64,000 bases of DNA from the NCBI GenBank assembly GCA_976551045.1, contig CDPCPM010000033.1, positions 12,834,001 to 12,898,000 of the forward strand, given 5' to 3'. The notes below the pieces were generated by a model that saw nothing but the letters and a program-made list of their open reading frames with translations, searched no databases and was not told the DNA's origin. Position numbers and translations under genes: made by a program. How positions within the stretch are numbered: position 1 is the first letter of the stretch; each line of letters begins with the position of its first letter. Positions 51,815 through 63,619 of this stretch are shown here, piece by piece. The stretch is from Glaucostegus cemiculus (Eukaryota).

Positions 51815-54030
51815 AATCAGAGTTGTACAGCACTGAAAAGGGCCCTTCGGTCTAACTCATCCATGCCAACCATGATACCTATTTACATGTCCCATTTTTC
51901 TACATTAGGCATGTATCCCTCTACTCCTCTTCTATCCACATAGTTGTGAAAATGCCTTTTAAACATTGTATCTGCCACTTTTACTTCCTCTGGCAGCTTG
52001 TTCCAGGTAACTATCACCCTCAAGTGTGAAATGCTTGCCCCCCAAATCTCCTTTAAATTTCTTTCCTCTCACCCTAATCCTATGGCCTGTAGTTTTCAAC
52101 TACCCTACTTTGGGAAAAACTGAATCTATGGGAACCTAATCTATGCCCCTCATGATTTGATATACCTCTATAAGGTCACCCCACAGCCTCCTATGCACCA
52201 GGAAAAACAGTACCAGCCTATTCAATCTCTCCTTCTAACTCAAGCCCTCCCGTCCCAGTTACATCCTTAATGACATCCTTCCTATAGCTAGACCAGAACT
52301 GTATATAATACCTCGTGTTACTTTATTATTGTCACACGTACTCAGGTAGAGTGAAAACCTTGTCTTGCATACTGTTCATACAGATCAAATCATTGCAACA
52401 GTGCATTGAGGTAGCAAAAGGTAAAAATAGTAAGAGTGCAGAATAGTGTTACAGTTACAGAGAAGGTGCAAGGTCATAATGAGGTAGATTGTGAGGTCAA
52501 GAGTCCATCTTATCGTACAAAGGATCCGTTCAATAGTTTTATCAAAGCAGGATAGAAGCAGTCCCTGAGCCTGTCCTTGGTACGTGCTTTCAAGCTTTTG
52601 TATCTTCTGCTGGATGGAAGGGGGGGGGGGGGGGGGTCGGAGAAGAGAGAACGTCAGGGATGGGTGGTGTCTTTCATTATGCTGGCTGCTTTACCAAGGC
52701 AGAAAGAAGTGTGGACAGAGTCCATGGAGGGGAGGCTGGTTTCCATGATGTGCTGAGCTGTGTCCACAACTCTACAGTTTCTTGTGGTCACGGACAGAAC
52801 AGTTGCCATACCAAGCCGTGATGCATCCAGATAGGATGCTTTCTATAGTGCATTAATAAAAATTGGTGAGGGTCAAAGGGGACATGCCATTTTTTTTAGC
52901 CTCCTGAGGAAGTAGAGGTGCTAATGAGCTTTCTTGGCCATAGCATCAACGTGTTTGGACCAAGACAGCCTATTGGTGCTGCTCATTCCTAGGAACTTGA
53001 AGCTCTCAACTCTCGTGACCTCAGCACCATTGATGTAGACAGGAACATGTGCACCACTCCCCCCGCTTCCTGAAATCAATGACCAGCTCTTTTGTTTTGC
53101 TAACATTGAGGGAAAAGTTGTTGTCATGACACCATGTCACTAGGCTGTCTATCTCCTTCCTGTACTCCGCCTCATCGTTATTTGAGATATGGCCTATTAC
53201 AGTGGCATCATCTGCAAGCTTGTAGATGGACTTAGAGCAGAATCTGGCCACACAGTTGTGAATGTATAGGGAGTAGAGTAGGGGGCTGAGGACGCAGCCT
53301 TGTGGGGCACTAGCAATTAGGATAATTGTAGCAGAGGTGTTGCTGCCTATCCTCACTGATTGCAGTCTGTTGGTCAGGAAATCAAGCATCAAGTTGCAGA
53401 GGGAGGTGTTGAGTCCCAGATTGAGGAGTTTGAAGATGAGTTGGCTTGGAATTATAGTATTGAAGGTGGAGCTGTAGTCAATAAACAATAGTCTAATGTA
53501 GGTAGCTTTACTGTCCAGATGCTCCGGAGAGGAGTGTAGGCCGAGGGAGATGGTTTCAGCGATAGGCAAATTATTCACAACACTTCCTTCCCTTTTGTAC
53601 CACCTCTGTCACACTGGAAACTTGTATACCCCAAACAATAAACTGCCAGTCTTGACCTTCACTTAACCACATTTCTGCGATTACAATATCACAGTCCCAT
53701 ATGTTGATTCATGCTCTCAGCTCATCTGTTATCTCGGCAAGGCTCCTTGCATTAAAGTAAGTGCAGTTAAGCCTACCAGCCTTCTAAAGCTTCCCTACCC
53801 TACCCTGTCTGTCCGTTCTGCCCACTGGACTTGCCTCTTCTATTTTCTGCATATGATTCTAAGTCCCCACCTGCTCTAGTATCATTCTGGGTCGCATCCC
53901 TCTGCCTCACCGGTTTAAGCGCTCCCATGTACTCCTGCAAGGATATTGATCCCCCTCCAGTTTAGTGCAACCCATCCTTCAAGTACAGGTCATCCCTGCC
54001 CCAGAAGAGATCCCATTAATCTAAATACTT
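51815..54030 (-). mobile_element. Deleted CR1 copy hosting a Rex1/Babar insertion
   Basis: CR1 3' tail at 51815-52312 and ORF1/ORF2-junction remnants at about 53575-54030. Confidence 0.65.
52320..53562 (-). mobile_element. Rex1/Babar LINE, RT to 3' end
   Basis: ORF 53021-53578 ([52 protein letters not shown]), then VESFKFLG and a 3' UTR like the one at 26 kb. Confidence 0.93.
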
Positions 54031-54185
54031 CACTGTCTTGGTGAAGCAGCCAGCATAGTCAAAGACCCCACCCACCCGGGTCATTCTCTCTTCTCTCCTC
54101 TTCCATCAGGTGGAAGATACAGGATTAGTTGTAGGGCAAATCATCACCACATTGCAGATTGTCCTATTTATGTAATAGTCATAAA

Positions 54186-54620
54186 CTAGAGAAACAATGA
54201 ACAGCAGATGCTGGAATCTAGATGAAAAACACCATGATGCTGGAGGAACTCAGCAGGCCAGGCAGCATCCGTGGAGAAAAGCAGGCAGTCAACATTTTGG
54301 GTCAGGACCCTTCCTCAGGACTGAAGATAGGAAAAGGGGAAGCCCAATATATAGGAGGGAAAAGCAGAGCAGTGATAGGTGGACAAAAGAGGGGAGGCAG
54401 GGTGGGCACAAGATGGTGATAGGTAGATGCAAGTAAGAGATAGTGATAGGCAGGTGCGGGGGGAGGAGGAGAGAGCAGATCCAACAGTGTCAAAGGTAAG
54501 GAGAGAAAGGGGAAAAAAGGGTAGAAAGAAGAGAGATAGTCTGGGAAAGGGAAGAAAAGTAGCATGGTCAGGGGGACTGTTATGGGGAAGGGGTGGGGAT
54601 TACTTAAAATGGGAGAATTC
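54186..54620 (-). mobile_element. Penelope-like element terminal fragment with a minimal hammerhead motif; a shorter copy lies at about 55110-55190
   Basis: gcagatgctggaatctagatgaaa...gatgctggaggaactcagcaggccaggcagcatc terminus. The minus strand reads cagtcCTGAGGAagggtcctgacccAAAAtgttgactg at 54286-54323. Confidence 0.7.
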
Positions 54621-54762
54621 AATGTTGGCAACACTTGTGGGCTGCCCCCAGACCACTCTATGCAAAGATGCATTTCACTGTGTGTTTCGACGTACATAAG
54701 ACTAATAAAGATATCTATTGTATTGAAACATATGCTTAATTAAAGTTTCAGATTTAATATAC

Positions 54763-54863
54763 TTCATAGAAGGAATAGTATTTCTTTTACAATATAAGCA
54801 TTTTCTCATGAGGTCCTTTCATTGTGAGGGAATTTTTGGGTGATTCATGGTTAACACTAACAC
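54763..54863 (-). pseudogene. Kinase subdomain X-XI exon of the decayed kinase gene
   Basis: Acceptor atttcatttttaag|, donor AA|gtatat. Reads VLVLTMNHPKIPSQ*KDLMRKCLYCKRNTIPSM, with the same spacing as the TK consensus CPxxxxxLMxxCWxxxPxxRPxF. Confidence 0.6.
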
Positions 54864-56287
54864 CTTAAAAATGAAATTGTGCAAAAGCTTCCCCTCGACA
54901 GAAACCGATCTATTGCTTTCAATAAGTAAATGCAGAGATGGTGGAGAATTTAAAAGAAAAAGACACTTCTGGGATAATGTGTTGCTTATGTGAGATGGAA
55001 CACAAAGATGAGAGGGAGATTAGTGAGTCAGAGAACTAAAAAACAGAGATTAGGTATTAGAGAGAATAAAAGAACTAAGAGACAGACTAGCCGAGGGGAT
55101 TATGGATTAGACAAACAAAGGACTGCAGATACTGGAATCTAGATGAAAGACACGATGATGCTGGAGGAACTCAGCAGGCCAGGCAGCATCATAGGGGGTT
55201 ACAGATTGATTAATCACTTGGATACAAAGGATGATAAAACTATTAGCATTCTGGACTCAATGACAATTCTCTAAACTGACAAAAAAATCTATCTGAAAGC
55301 TAGTTGCAACTAGAAAACACAAATAGTCACCTCAAATTACTTGGTAACAATTAAATTTGTCTTGATTCACATGTAAAACAAATTCACTATACCACATTTG
55401 GCAGTGAAGAACTCCAATGAAAATTTTCACCGTAAATTTTATTTAAATAAACTTTATTTTTAACCACCATCCATGATACTGATTTCATACATTATTTTAT
55501 GCATTAATTTTTCTTGATGAAGTTCTATGGCGAAATAATGAGTCAATTCTTTTGTGACCAGCACATCAGCAGTGAATTACATTTCATCTATTCACAAACT
55601 GTTGCTGGCAACTATAAATCTTTATATTAATGATATATCCTAATTGTGCAATTCTATCCTCAGACCTAAATACTTTTAGAAGTACTCTTTAGATGTAGAA
55701 TGTTTAATACTATGTATGATAGATTAATTATTAATTGGTAGTTGCATTAACAAATTATTTATCCAAGTACAGAATTGTTTGTATATCCTCATGCTAATCT
55801 TTAGTGTAACACTGATAAGAATATTTTTAAGTAAAATTGTACACTGCAGTACATGGGATTTGAAAATTTACATTGGATTGTTGGATCACTGGAGGAGCAC
55901 CTTTTTTTTAACCTTAGATGCTGTACTTTCATGTTTTAGTTATCTCAAAATGATTCAAGACCATACTTCTCAAAAACAGATTTCAAACTTGCATGGTAAA
56001 TGCCAGAATGGTGTATAAATTGTGCATCTATATCTGAAAAAAATGCATCTGACAGATATTAAGTAGTTTATACATCAAAGTTCTTCTGAAGGTCGATTTG
56101 TAGACATGTGAGGAACATCCTTGATGGCAACAGCAATTACAACATATACTCTTCATTTTGTCAGGCTTCTAAAGTGTGCAGCTGCTGAACACAAATTTGC
56201 TTAAGTAACAAATCCTGTTTTTATGCATTCACTGATTGACTACATGTGTAGAATATGACCAAGTATATCTTCACAAGTCATTACCCA

Positions 56288-57320
56288 TAGAGTCAAATAG
56301 TTATTCAACATGGAAACAGGTCCCACGGGCCAACTCATCCATGTTGAACAAATTGCCTGTGTGAGCTATTCCCATTTTCCTGCATTTGGCCCATATCCCT
56401 CTAAATGTTTCCTATCCAACTACATATCTAAATGTCTTCTAAACATTGCAATTGTACCAACCTCAACCATTTCCTCTGGCAACTCATTCCACCACCCTGT
56501 GTGTGAAAGACTCACCCATCAGGTCCCCTTTAAATCTTTCCCCCTTCACCTTAAACCTATCCCCTCTAGTATTAGCCTCTGCTATCCTGGAAAAAAACTG
56601 TGACCATTCACCTTATCTGTGCCTCTCATGATTTTATACACCTCTATAAGGTCACGACTCAGCCTCCTATGCATCAGGATAAACAGTCCCAGGCAATCCA
56701 GTCTCTCCTTATAACTCAAGCTGTCCAGTCCAGGCAACATCCTCATGAATCTTCTCTGCACCCTTTCCAGCTTTACCTTCCTAATAGTTAGCTAATCAGA
56801 CAGAACTGCACACAATACTCCAAGTACAGTCCTACCAATGTCTTGTACAACTGTAACAGGATATCCCAACTCTTTTAGTCAATGCCCTGAAGGCAAGTAG
56901 GCAAATGCCTTTGTCACCACCCTGCCTACCTGTGTCACCATTTTCAGGGATCTATGTACTTGTACCAAGATCACTCTGTTCCCCGACATTCTCCAGGGCC
57001 CTATCATTTACTGTCCAGGTCCTATCCTGGTTTAACCCCCGAAAATGCAACATCTCGCACTTGTCCAAGTTAAATTCCATCTGCCATTCCTTGGTCCACT
57101 TTCCCAGATGATCTAGATCCTGTTATAACCTTAGATAACCTCCTTAACTATCCACTATACCATCAATATTGGTGTCATCAGCTAACATAATAACCATGCC
57201 AATACATTCTCATCCAAACTGTTAATAATAGATGAAAAACAACAGGGGGACCCAGCAGAGATCCCGGTGGCACACTACTAGTCATAGGACTCCAATCTGA
57301 AAAACCCAGCACAACACCAT
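56288..57320 (-). mobile_element. CR1 LINE 3' portion
   Basis: Minus strand contains SVPPGS.LGP.LF and ML.DDT.I remnants, plus a CR1 tail ending near 56288. Confidence 0.8.
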
Positions 57321-57854
57321 TCTGACTGTAGCTCATGAAAGTTATGTTCTTTTCAACATTAGTAATGTGACAAAATTCATAGAATTTACATTACTAATGT
57401 AAATAAAGAGGTTATTAAGTTGAAGGTATTCCTTGTCATTAATTTCAGATTTGTCAACAAATTATCAAATTGACTTTTACTCCTGGTCTACCTTTGATCT
57501 TTTCTAATGCAATTGAATTATCACCATCAGCAAAGTGTGTCTCACTTGCTCAACTTCACTCGACAAACCATGTCCAGAACTGCTGCTTCTCATTCAGTTT
57601 GCTATGCACTGACCCTGAATATATTTTAAGAATTCAACTCCATCTATATTTTTTAAATAAAGTTTCTATCCCAACTATTATTAATGTTGATGAAATCTCC
57701 TAAAGCAACTACCCTATTATTTTCACACCTCAGAAATAAGCCTCTATATTTGTCTTTTTTTAAGTATTTGAGGTGTTGGGAGGGTCAATGTGATTAACCC
57801 CCACCTATTCTTCTATTTGAACTACCTGCTCTTACTGTTAATCTCTTCTACCTT

Positions 57855-58190
57855 CTAGGAGAAGATACAGGAACTTGAAAGTGCAGATGACCAGGCTCAA
57901 AAACAGTTTCTGCTGCACTGCTATCAGACTTTTGAACCAATCACCTCTTTCACATCCCCTTCCCAGTGGTCCTCAAACCCTTAATTTTACCTCTTCTGTT
58001 ACTGTAGCATTTATTTTTGCACTGCCTCAGTTTGCACTACTGTACTTTGCACCATCCCATTGTTTGGAGCTTGTTGTTGTATATATTATTGTATTTATTA
58101 CTAACATATATGTTTACTCTCTAAGCTTCAGGTGAGCAAGGAATTTCATCGCACCCTGGTGTATATGACAATAAACTAGCTGAATCTGAA
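57855..58190 (+). mobile_element. Old Rex1/Babar 3' end
   Basis: RRYRNLK...TRLKNSFC.TAIRLLN, then a 3' UTR ending gtatatgacaataaact. Confidence 0.7.
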
Positions 58191-59351
58191 GCCAAATCTG
58201 ATCTTCTAACAGTCCATCATGCTCTAATTGTTTCCCTCAATCAATACTGCAAACCACTTCTTCCCCCACTTCTCCTTTTTCAATCTTCCTCATTATTTAT
58301 CTGAAAACATGTAAACTGTGATCTTTTAGCCTGAGTGGAGAACTGTGTTAACCAGGAATATGCTCTGCATTAAGTACAGGGCTAAATTTTCCTATAGTTA
58401 GAAATTAGTTTCACAGTTATAGCCTTGACCCTGGCTACTGAGTGATCACAACAAAATAATAGGCAGGTAAGTAAAACTGCCAATAATACTTACTTTTAAT
58501 TTTAGTATTATAATAAGCCCATTCAATACAATATATATCTATTCAAATTGCACTGTACAGACTATGCTTGTATTTGCACAGGCTTAAAGGCTAAGCTCTA
58601 AGACGTCATTGATATTTTCACTGATGTATACAAGAGAATGTGTCCAACATGTGTCCACAAGACAAGGCTCCTTTCCAATATGTACCACACTGCCCTCCAA
58701 CATTGACAAGACCCTAGAAAACAGACGACTTCCATAAGCTAGCTCTTGGCAAAGGCAGACACAGATGATAACATTCACAACCACCTTTAATGCGTTAGCA
58801 CAGGCTTTGGTCAAATGAAGAGAAGGATGCTTGAAGATCAAGACTTCAGACCTGGCCAAAACTCATGTTCAGCAGCAATCTCTGCCTTTCCTTTTGTTTT
58901 TGAGATATGGATCACATAAAGCAGGCATCTTTAGGCACTGGAAAAATACCACCATCTCCTTGAATGCTCCAAAGTCACTGAAGGGATAAGTCAGTGTCCT
59001 CTCCCAGTCCAATATCTCCATTACTAAGGACCTAGATTACACTTAATCAGTTATGGTTACATCATTCACATGTCCAATGCCAGACTACTCAAATAGACCT
59101 TATATTCAGAGAACAGCCATGCGGATAGAGGAAAGGATACAATCTTCTGCTGAATATATCCTTAAAGAAATGCAACATCCCCAATGAGGACCTCAAGACC
59201 TTCCATTTTCCCCATCTCTTGAAATGTCTGTGCTTCTCACACTGGCCTAATCAACTGCCTCAGAACCGACAAAACACAAAATTAGAAGCAAGTCATCCTT
59301 GATCCCAGAAGAAAATTATTTAATAATGTTGACTTCACAATGTTCAAGCTA

Positions 59352-59920
59352 ATAGAATAAAGAAGAGCACAACACAGGAACAGGCCCTTCAGTCCACAAT
59401 GTCTATGCTAACCACGATGCCAAATTAAACCAAACATCTCTGCCTGCATATGATCCATACCCCTCCATTCCCTCACGTTCATGTGTCTGTCTAAATGCCT
59501 CTTATCTTGTCTGCTTCCACTACCACCCCTGACAGTACATTCCAGGAACCTACCACTCTCTGTGTAAAATAAACTTACCTCACACATCTCCTCTGAACTT
59601 TCCCCCTCTAACAGTAAAACTATATCCTCTAGTATTTTACATGTCTATACTAGGAAAAAGACTGACTATCCACCCTATCTATGCCTCTCATAATTTTATA
59701 AACCTCTATCAGATCTTCCCTCAGCCTCCAAAGCTCCAGAGAAAACAATTCAAGTTTGTTCAAACTCTCCTTATGGTGAATACTCTCTAATCCAGGCAAC
59801 ATTCTGGTGAACCACTTCTGCACCCCCTCCAAAGCCTGTAGATCCTTCCAGTAATGGGGCAACCAGAACTGCACACTCCAAATGCGGCTTAACCAAAGTT
59901 TCATATAACTGCAGCATAAT
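59352..59920 (-). mobile_element. CR1 LINE 3' fragment
   Basis: VQFWLPHYWKDLQALEGVQKWFTRMLPGLE...LREDLIEVYKIMRGIDRV plus tail. Confidence 0.88.
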
Positions 59921-62900
59921 AATTTATTTATATTGAGCACTGTCACTGAAAACAAAAACCATCGAGGTCACCTGCAGTAGTAACCACATCCACGGATGTT
60001 GCTATAAATGGCCATTTTAATAGAGTCGTGCAAGATTGAATGGCCATACTCAGAGCATTAAATCACCTTCTCATCTGAATGTCCTGCTCTTGGTTGCTTC
60101 TGCTCTGTTCAACTATATTTTAATTTCAGTTCAACTCCTAACTTCCCCTTGCTGAAAGTAAATACCTTTCCTGTCCGACCCCAAGGTGAATATAGGAGCC
60201 CATGAACCCAAAATAACATCCCCTCCCCTCACCTTACTAATTGCTTAGAGGATCCTGTGATGCCGATTTCCATATGAAGTTCCAATCGGAAGTTTCCAAT
60301 CGGAAGTTGACAGCAGCATCCTACTGGCCACTCAACATCTCCATTCCAGTTTAGGGCTTCGGCACACCACATTATTGCTAACCTGATGGCCTTACCTTCC
60401 CTTGCATTGAGTTCACTAAATCCAAGATAAACAAACAAACATCTCAGTCAGGAGCAGGAGTAGGGCACTCAGCCTCTCAAGCCTACTGTTCCATTCAATA
60501 AGATCAAGGCTGATCTGATTTTAACCTCAACTCTGCAACCTCTTCTACCCATGGTAAAATTTCACCCTACTGTTTAATCAAGTATCTATCCACCTTTGCC
60601 TTAAAAATATTCAAAAATTCTGTTTCCACTGCCGTGTGAGGAAAAGCATTCCAAAGACACATAACCCTCAAAAGCAAAATCACCTCATCTCTATCTTCAA
60701 TGGGTGGCCCTTTAGTTTTAAACAATGGTCTCTAGGTCTGGATTTTGCCACAACAGGAAATATTCTCTCTGCATCCACCCTGCCCAGACCTGTCAGGATA
60801 TTATATACGTTTTTTTTTGCCATTTATCTACTTAGAAACTAGGTTTGTTTCTATTATACTAGGAAAGGGTTGGTTACATAGTTGGATCAAGAATGAAGAG
60901 CACAAACCAGGAATCCAAAGGTTGCAAATCTCAGCCTCATTGAGAGGAAGAGGAAAAAGATAGGCAATGCGATCAGAAGCCTTTGGAAAATCTTAAAATT
61001 TCTATTTGAACCATTCAAATTATCAGCAAGTGCAGATTTTTTTTCCCTAAGACTTTAGTCTTAGCAGCAAACTGCATGGCTGTGGATACGAACGTGAACT
61101 AAATGGAACTTAATTTCACTTCAAAAAGATGGCTCAACATAATGCAAGTGTCAAAATCTAAGAGTGCACTTGCATGTATAAAGGCCCAAATTCTATAAAA
61201 GAACTGTGAAATCAACTCCACAAGGTCCAGGAACTGAGCAAGATGCAAGGGTGAGACTGGTATATGGAGAGAAGGATGCAATGTGTGTAGGAGACTCAAT
61301 AAAGGCCCTTGGAAAAGTATGACAAATATAAAAGCAAATGGCATATGGTTGGGTGGAGAATAAAACTGTACTTCAGCTTTCTTAAACAGAGTAGAAATAA
61401 AAAAGTGAGATGAAAAGCCATCAAGGTGTTCAAAACTTTGAATACTCTAAAGAGATCTGATTGTATCTATCTTTCAGCAAGAAGATTTTGGAAACTTAAC
61501 CAAATATCCATTTATATTTATGAGTGTTTCTTTTTTTTTGTTAAACTAGCCTATTTTTTGTAATTGTAAAATCTGAGTCAGCAGCATGGTTCGTGTCCTA
61601 AGAACATGCCAGACACTCTAACATGCTGCAGACACGTCAGAACATGCACCAGATACAAACACTCAAACGTTCAGTTATGCAGATGGGTATATTCGAACAG
61701 CTCCTGTCCTTTGCCATACAGCTGTAATTATGACCTCAAAAGGCAGGGCTGCAGCTGTGCTGCATTCAAACAAAAAGAAAAAGTTCAAAGATTTAAGTGA
61801 TACTTTGGCTTCACTATTCCATTTTGGTTTGGAATCGCCTAAGAGCCAGAAAGTCATGGATCAGAGCTTCAAAACATCTATACGTTCAAAAACAGTTTTA
61901 TATCCAACTATTCTTTGGTCTTTTGGTTTGATGGAATTATTTTTTTTACACAGTAGGACAGAAGCCAAAACATAAGACTGTCAAAGCAATACTTTACAAC
62001 TTTTTCTTATATTTACATATGAATAGTTAAATCAAGAAAAACCCATTTGTCGTCCATTTTCCCCAGTATATTTATTTAAATGTACTTATCTTTGTTTTGA
62101 CCATCCTGCCCAGCAAATTAATTCAAATATTTATTGCCATTCGATCTTTTAAATTTGCTTTCCATTAACTTAAACATGTTAAATATTACACAAGATTGTA
62201 CAGCAGATAATGCAGATCAGAAGAAAAAAAAAGCAAAAAATAAGCAAAGTGTTATGAGTTTATTCCATGGGTAAATGTGAGTGATTTTTTTAGCTAACCA
62301 ATTTATCTACCCTTCTCCCATGCACAATTGCTTTTATTCAGCTACCTGTTCACTTTTCCCCATGGCCCTGGTTAATACAGACCAGAAAGATAACAGACAG
62401 AGTTAGGAGATCTCAACAGGAGCAATAAAATTGGGATCAGGACCAGAGGCCCCCTCCTTCCTGTCAGCAACTGACTGTTTCTGGATTTCCACTTAGGGCA
62501 ATGTCAGGTTTAGCTATAATTCTCTTCATGAATGAAGAGACTATTGAAGCTCAGAAGGTATGCACAAGCAACCTACTAGAAGTTTATCAGTGCACATCAT
62601 GTAATGAGTTAATGACTTCAAAATATGAAGGGAACACCAAAAACATCTGGTTGATCATCAGGCCTACATAAGTAGTGGGAAAAATATTCAGAGCTTTTGT
62701 CCAAGAATGTAAATCTGTGACCACACTGATGTCTGACTGCTCTGGATGGTTGCTGATACACATAGATACAAGAACAATTTAGCAAATGGGTGCTGTGTAA
62801 ATCCATTTGTGCATTCTGGCATATGGCTTACTGAATTTAGTCTAAAAGCACAAATGCCTGGTTGCTAGGCTTCAAATTCAGTGAAAAAATATTTTCCAAA

Positions 62901-63619
62901 CTTTGCAATGGGCCTGCACATATTTGTTGCGAGGATCTCATCCTCCTAATTTCAGCAAATTCAATACAAATTGGTCCCATGCTGAAGTTACTGTTTTTGC
63001 AACTGGTTACTCTATTAGCTCTGTTCACCAAGACTGAAAAAAAACCAGAATTGTTTTAAATTTAGTGCTGACATTTTGAAGTTTCCTTTCAAACATTTGT
63101 TTATTATTGCATGTAAATTTCTGTTGGCTAGTGGTATTTTGGAAATCTGTATCGCCACTGTTCTCGTATTAATTCTGCTGCCAATTGGCAGCAGTACAAC
63201 TCTCCCTTACATTGCACCACTGTTTTCCATGATTCAGCCATCAAAACAGCTTTTGGTGACAATCTTCATTGTGTTTGCAATAAGCAATTTCTTCAGTGCC
63301 AGAATTCTTTCAGATTTTACTAAGCCAGCCCTAGATCTGATGGTATGAACAACTATTCTGTGAAGGAAATAAAGGCTGCTACAGTTACAATTCACCTCAT
63401 CTATGTTTCTTGAAGAAGGCCATCTCCACACAGAACAAAAACTGTTCTGCCGGTTGCTGCAGGGATGCTGCTACTATTGGATTGTTTAATCTTCCCAGCG
63501 CTGGTGACGTCTGCTAGCTCTAAGATAGGTGCAGATGACAGAAGTCCTATCTATTAAAGGAAATCATTTTTTTCCCTATTGCAAAAAGAAAAGGTGAGAC
63601 AAGGGGACACTTCCTTGAA

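Larger units (their letters stand above)
44090..56280 (-). pseudogene. Decayed multi-exon protein kinase gene (TK/TKL-like domain plus C-terminal extension), convergent with ITGB5
   Basis: Minus-strand AG/GT-bounded segments: about 56280-56141, 56033 to about 55790, about 55620-55340 (fragmentary), 54863-54763, 51423-51332, 50418-50347, 50223-50174, 49770-49721, 47999-47947, 47203 to about 46896, 44292-44090. Phases chain consistently from 54863 downward. Kinase-like motifs occur in canonical order. There are multiple in-frame stops and frameshifts. Splice sites were picked by eye. Confidence 0.55.

Noticed and set aside
56118-56135. AVAIK motif as kinase subdomain II
   Set aside because: It falls in the inferred 107-nt intron, too close to subdomains IV-V. 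LLLK...E upstream fits the II-III spacing better.
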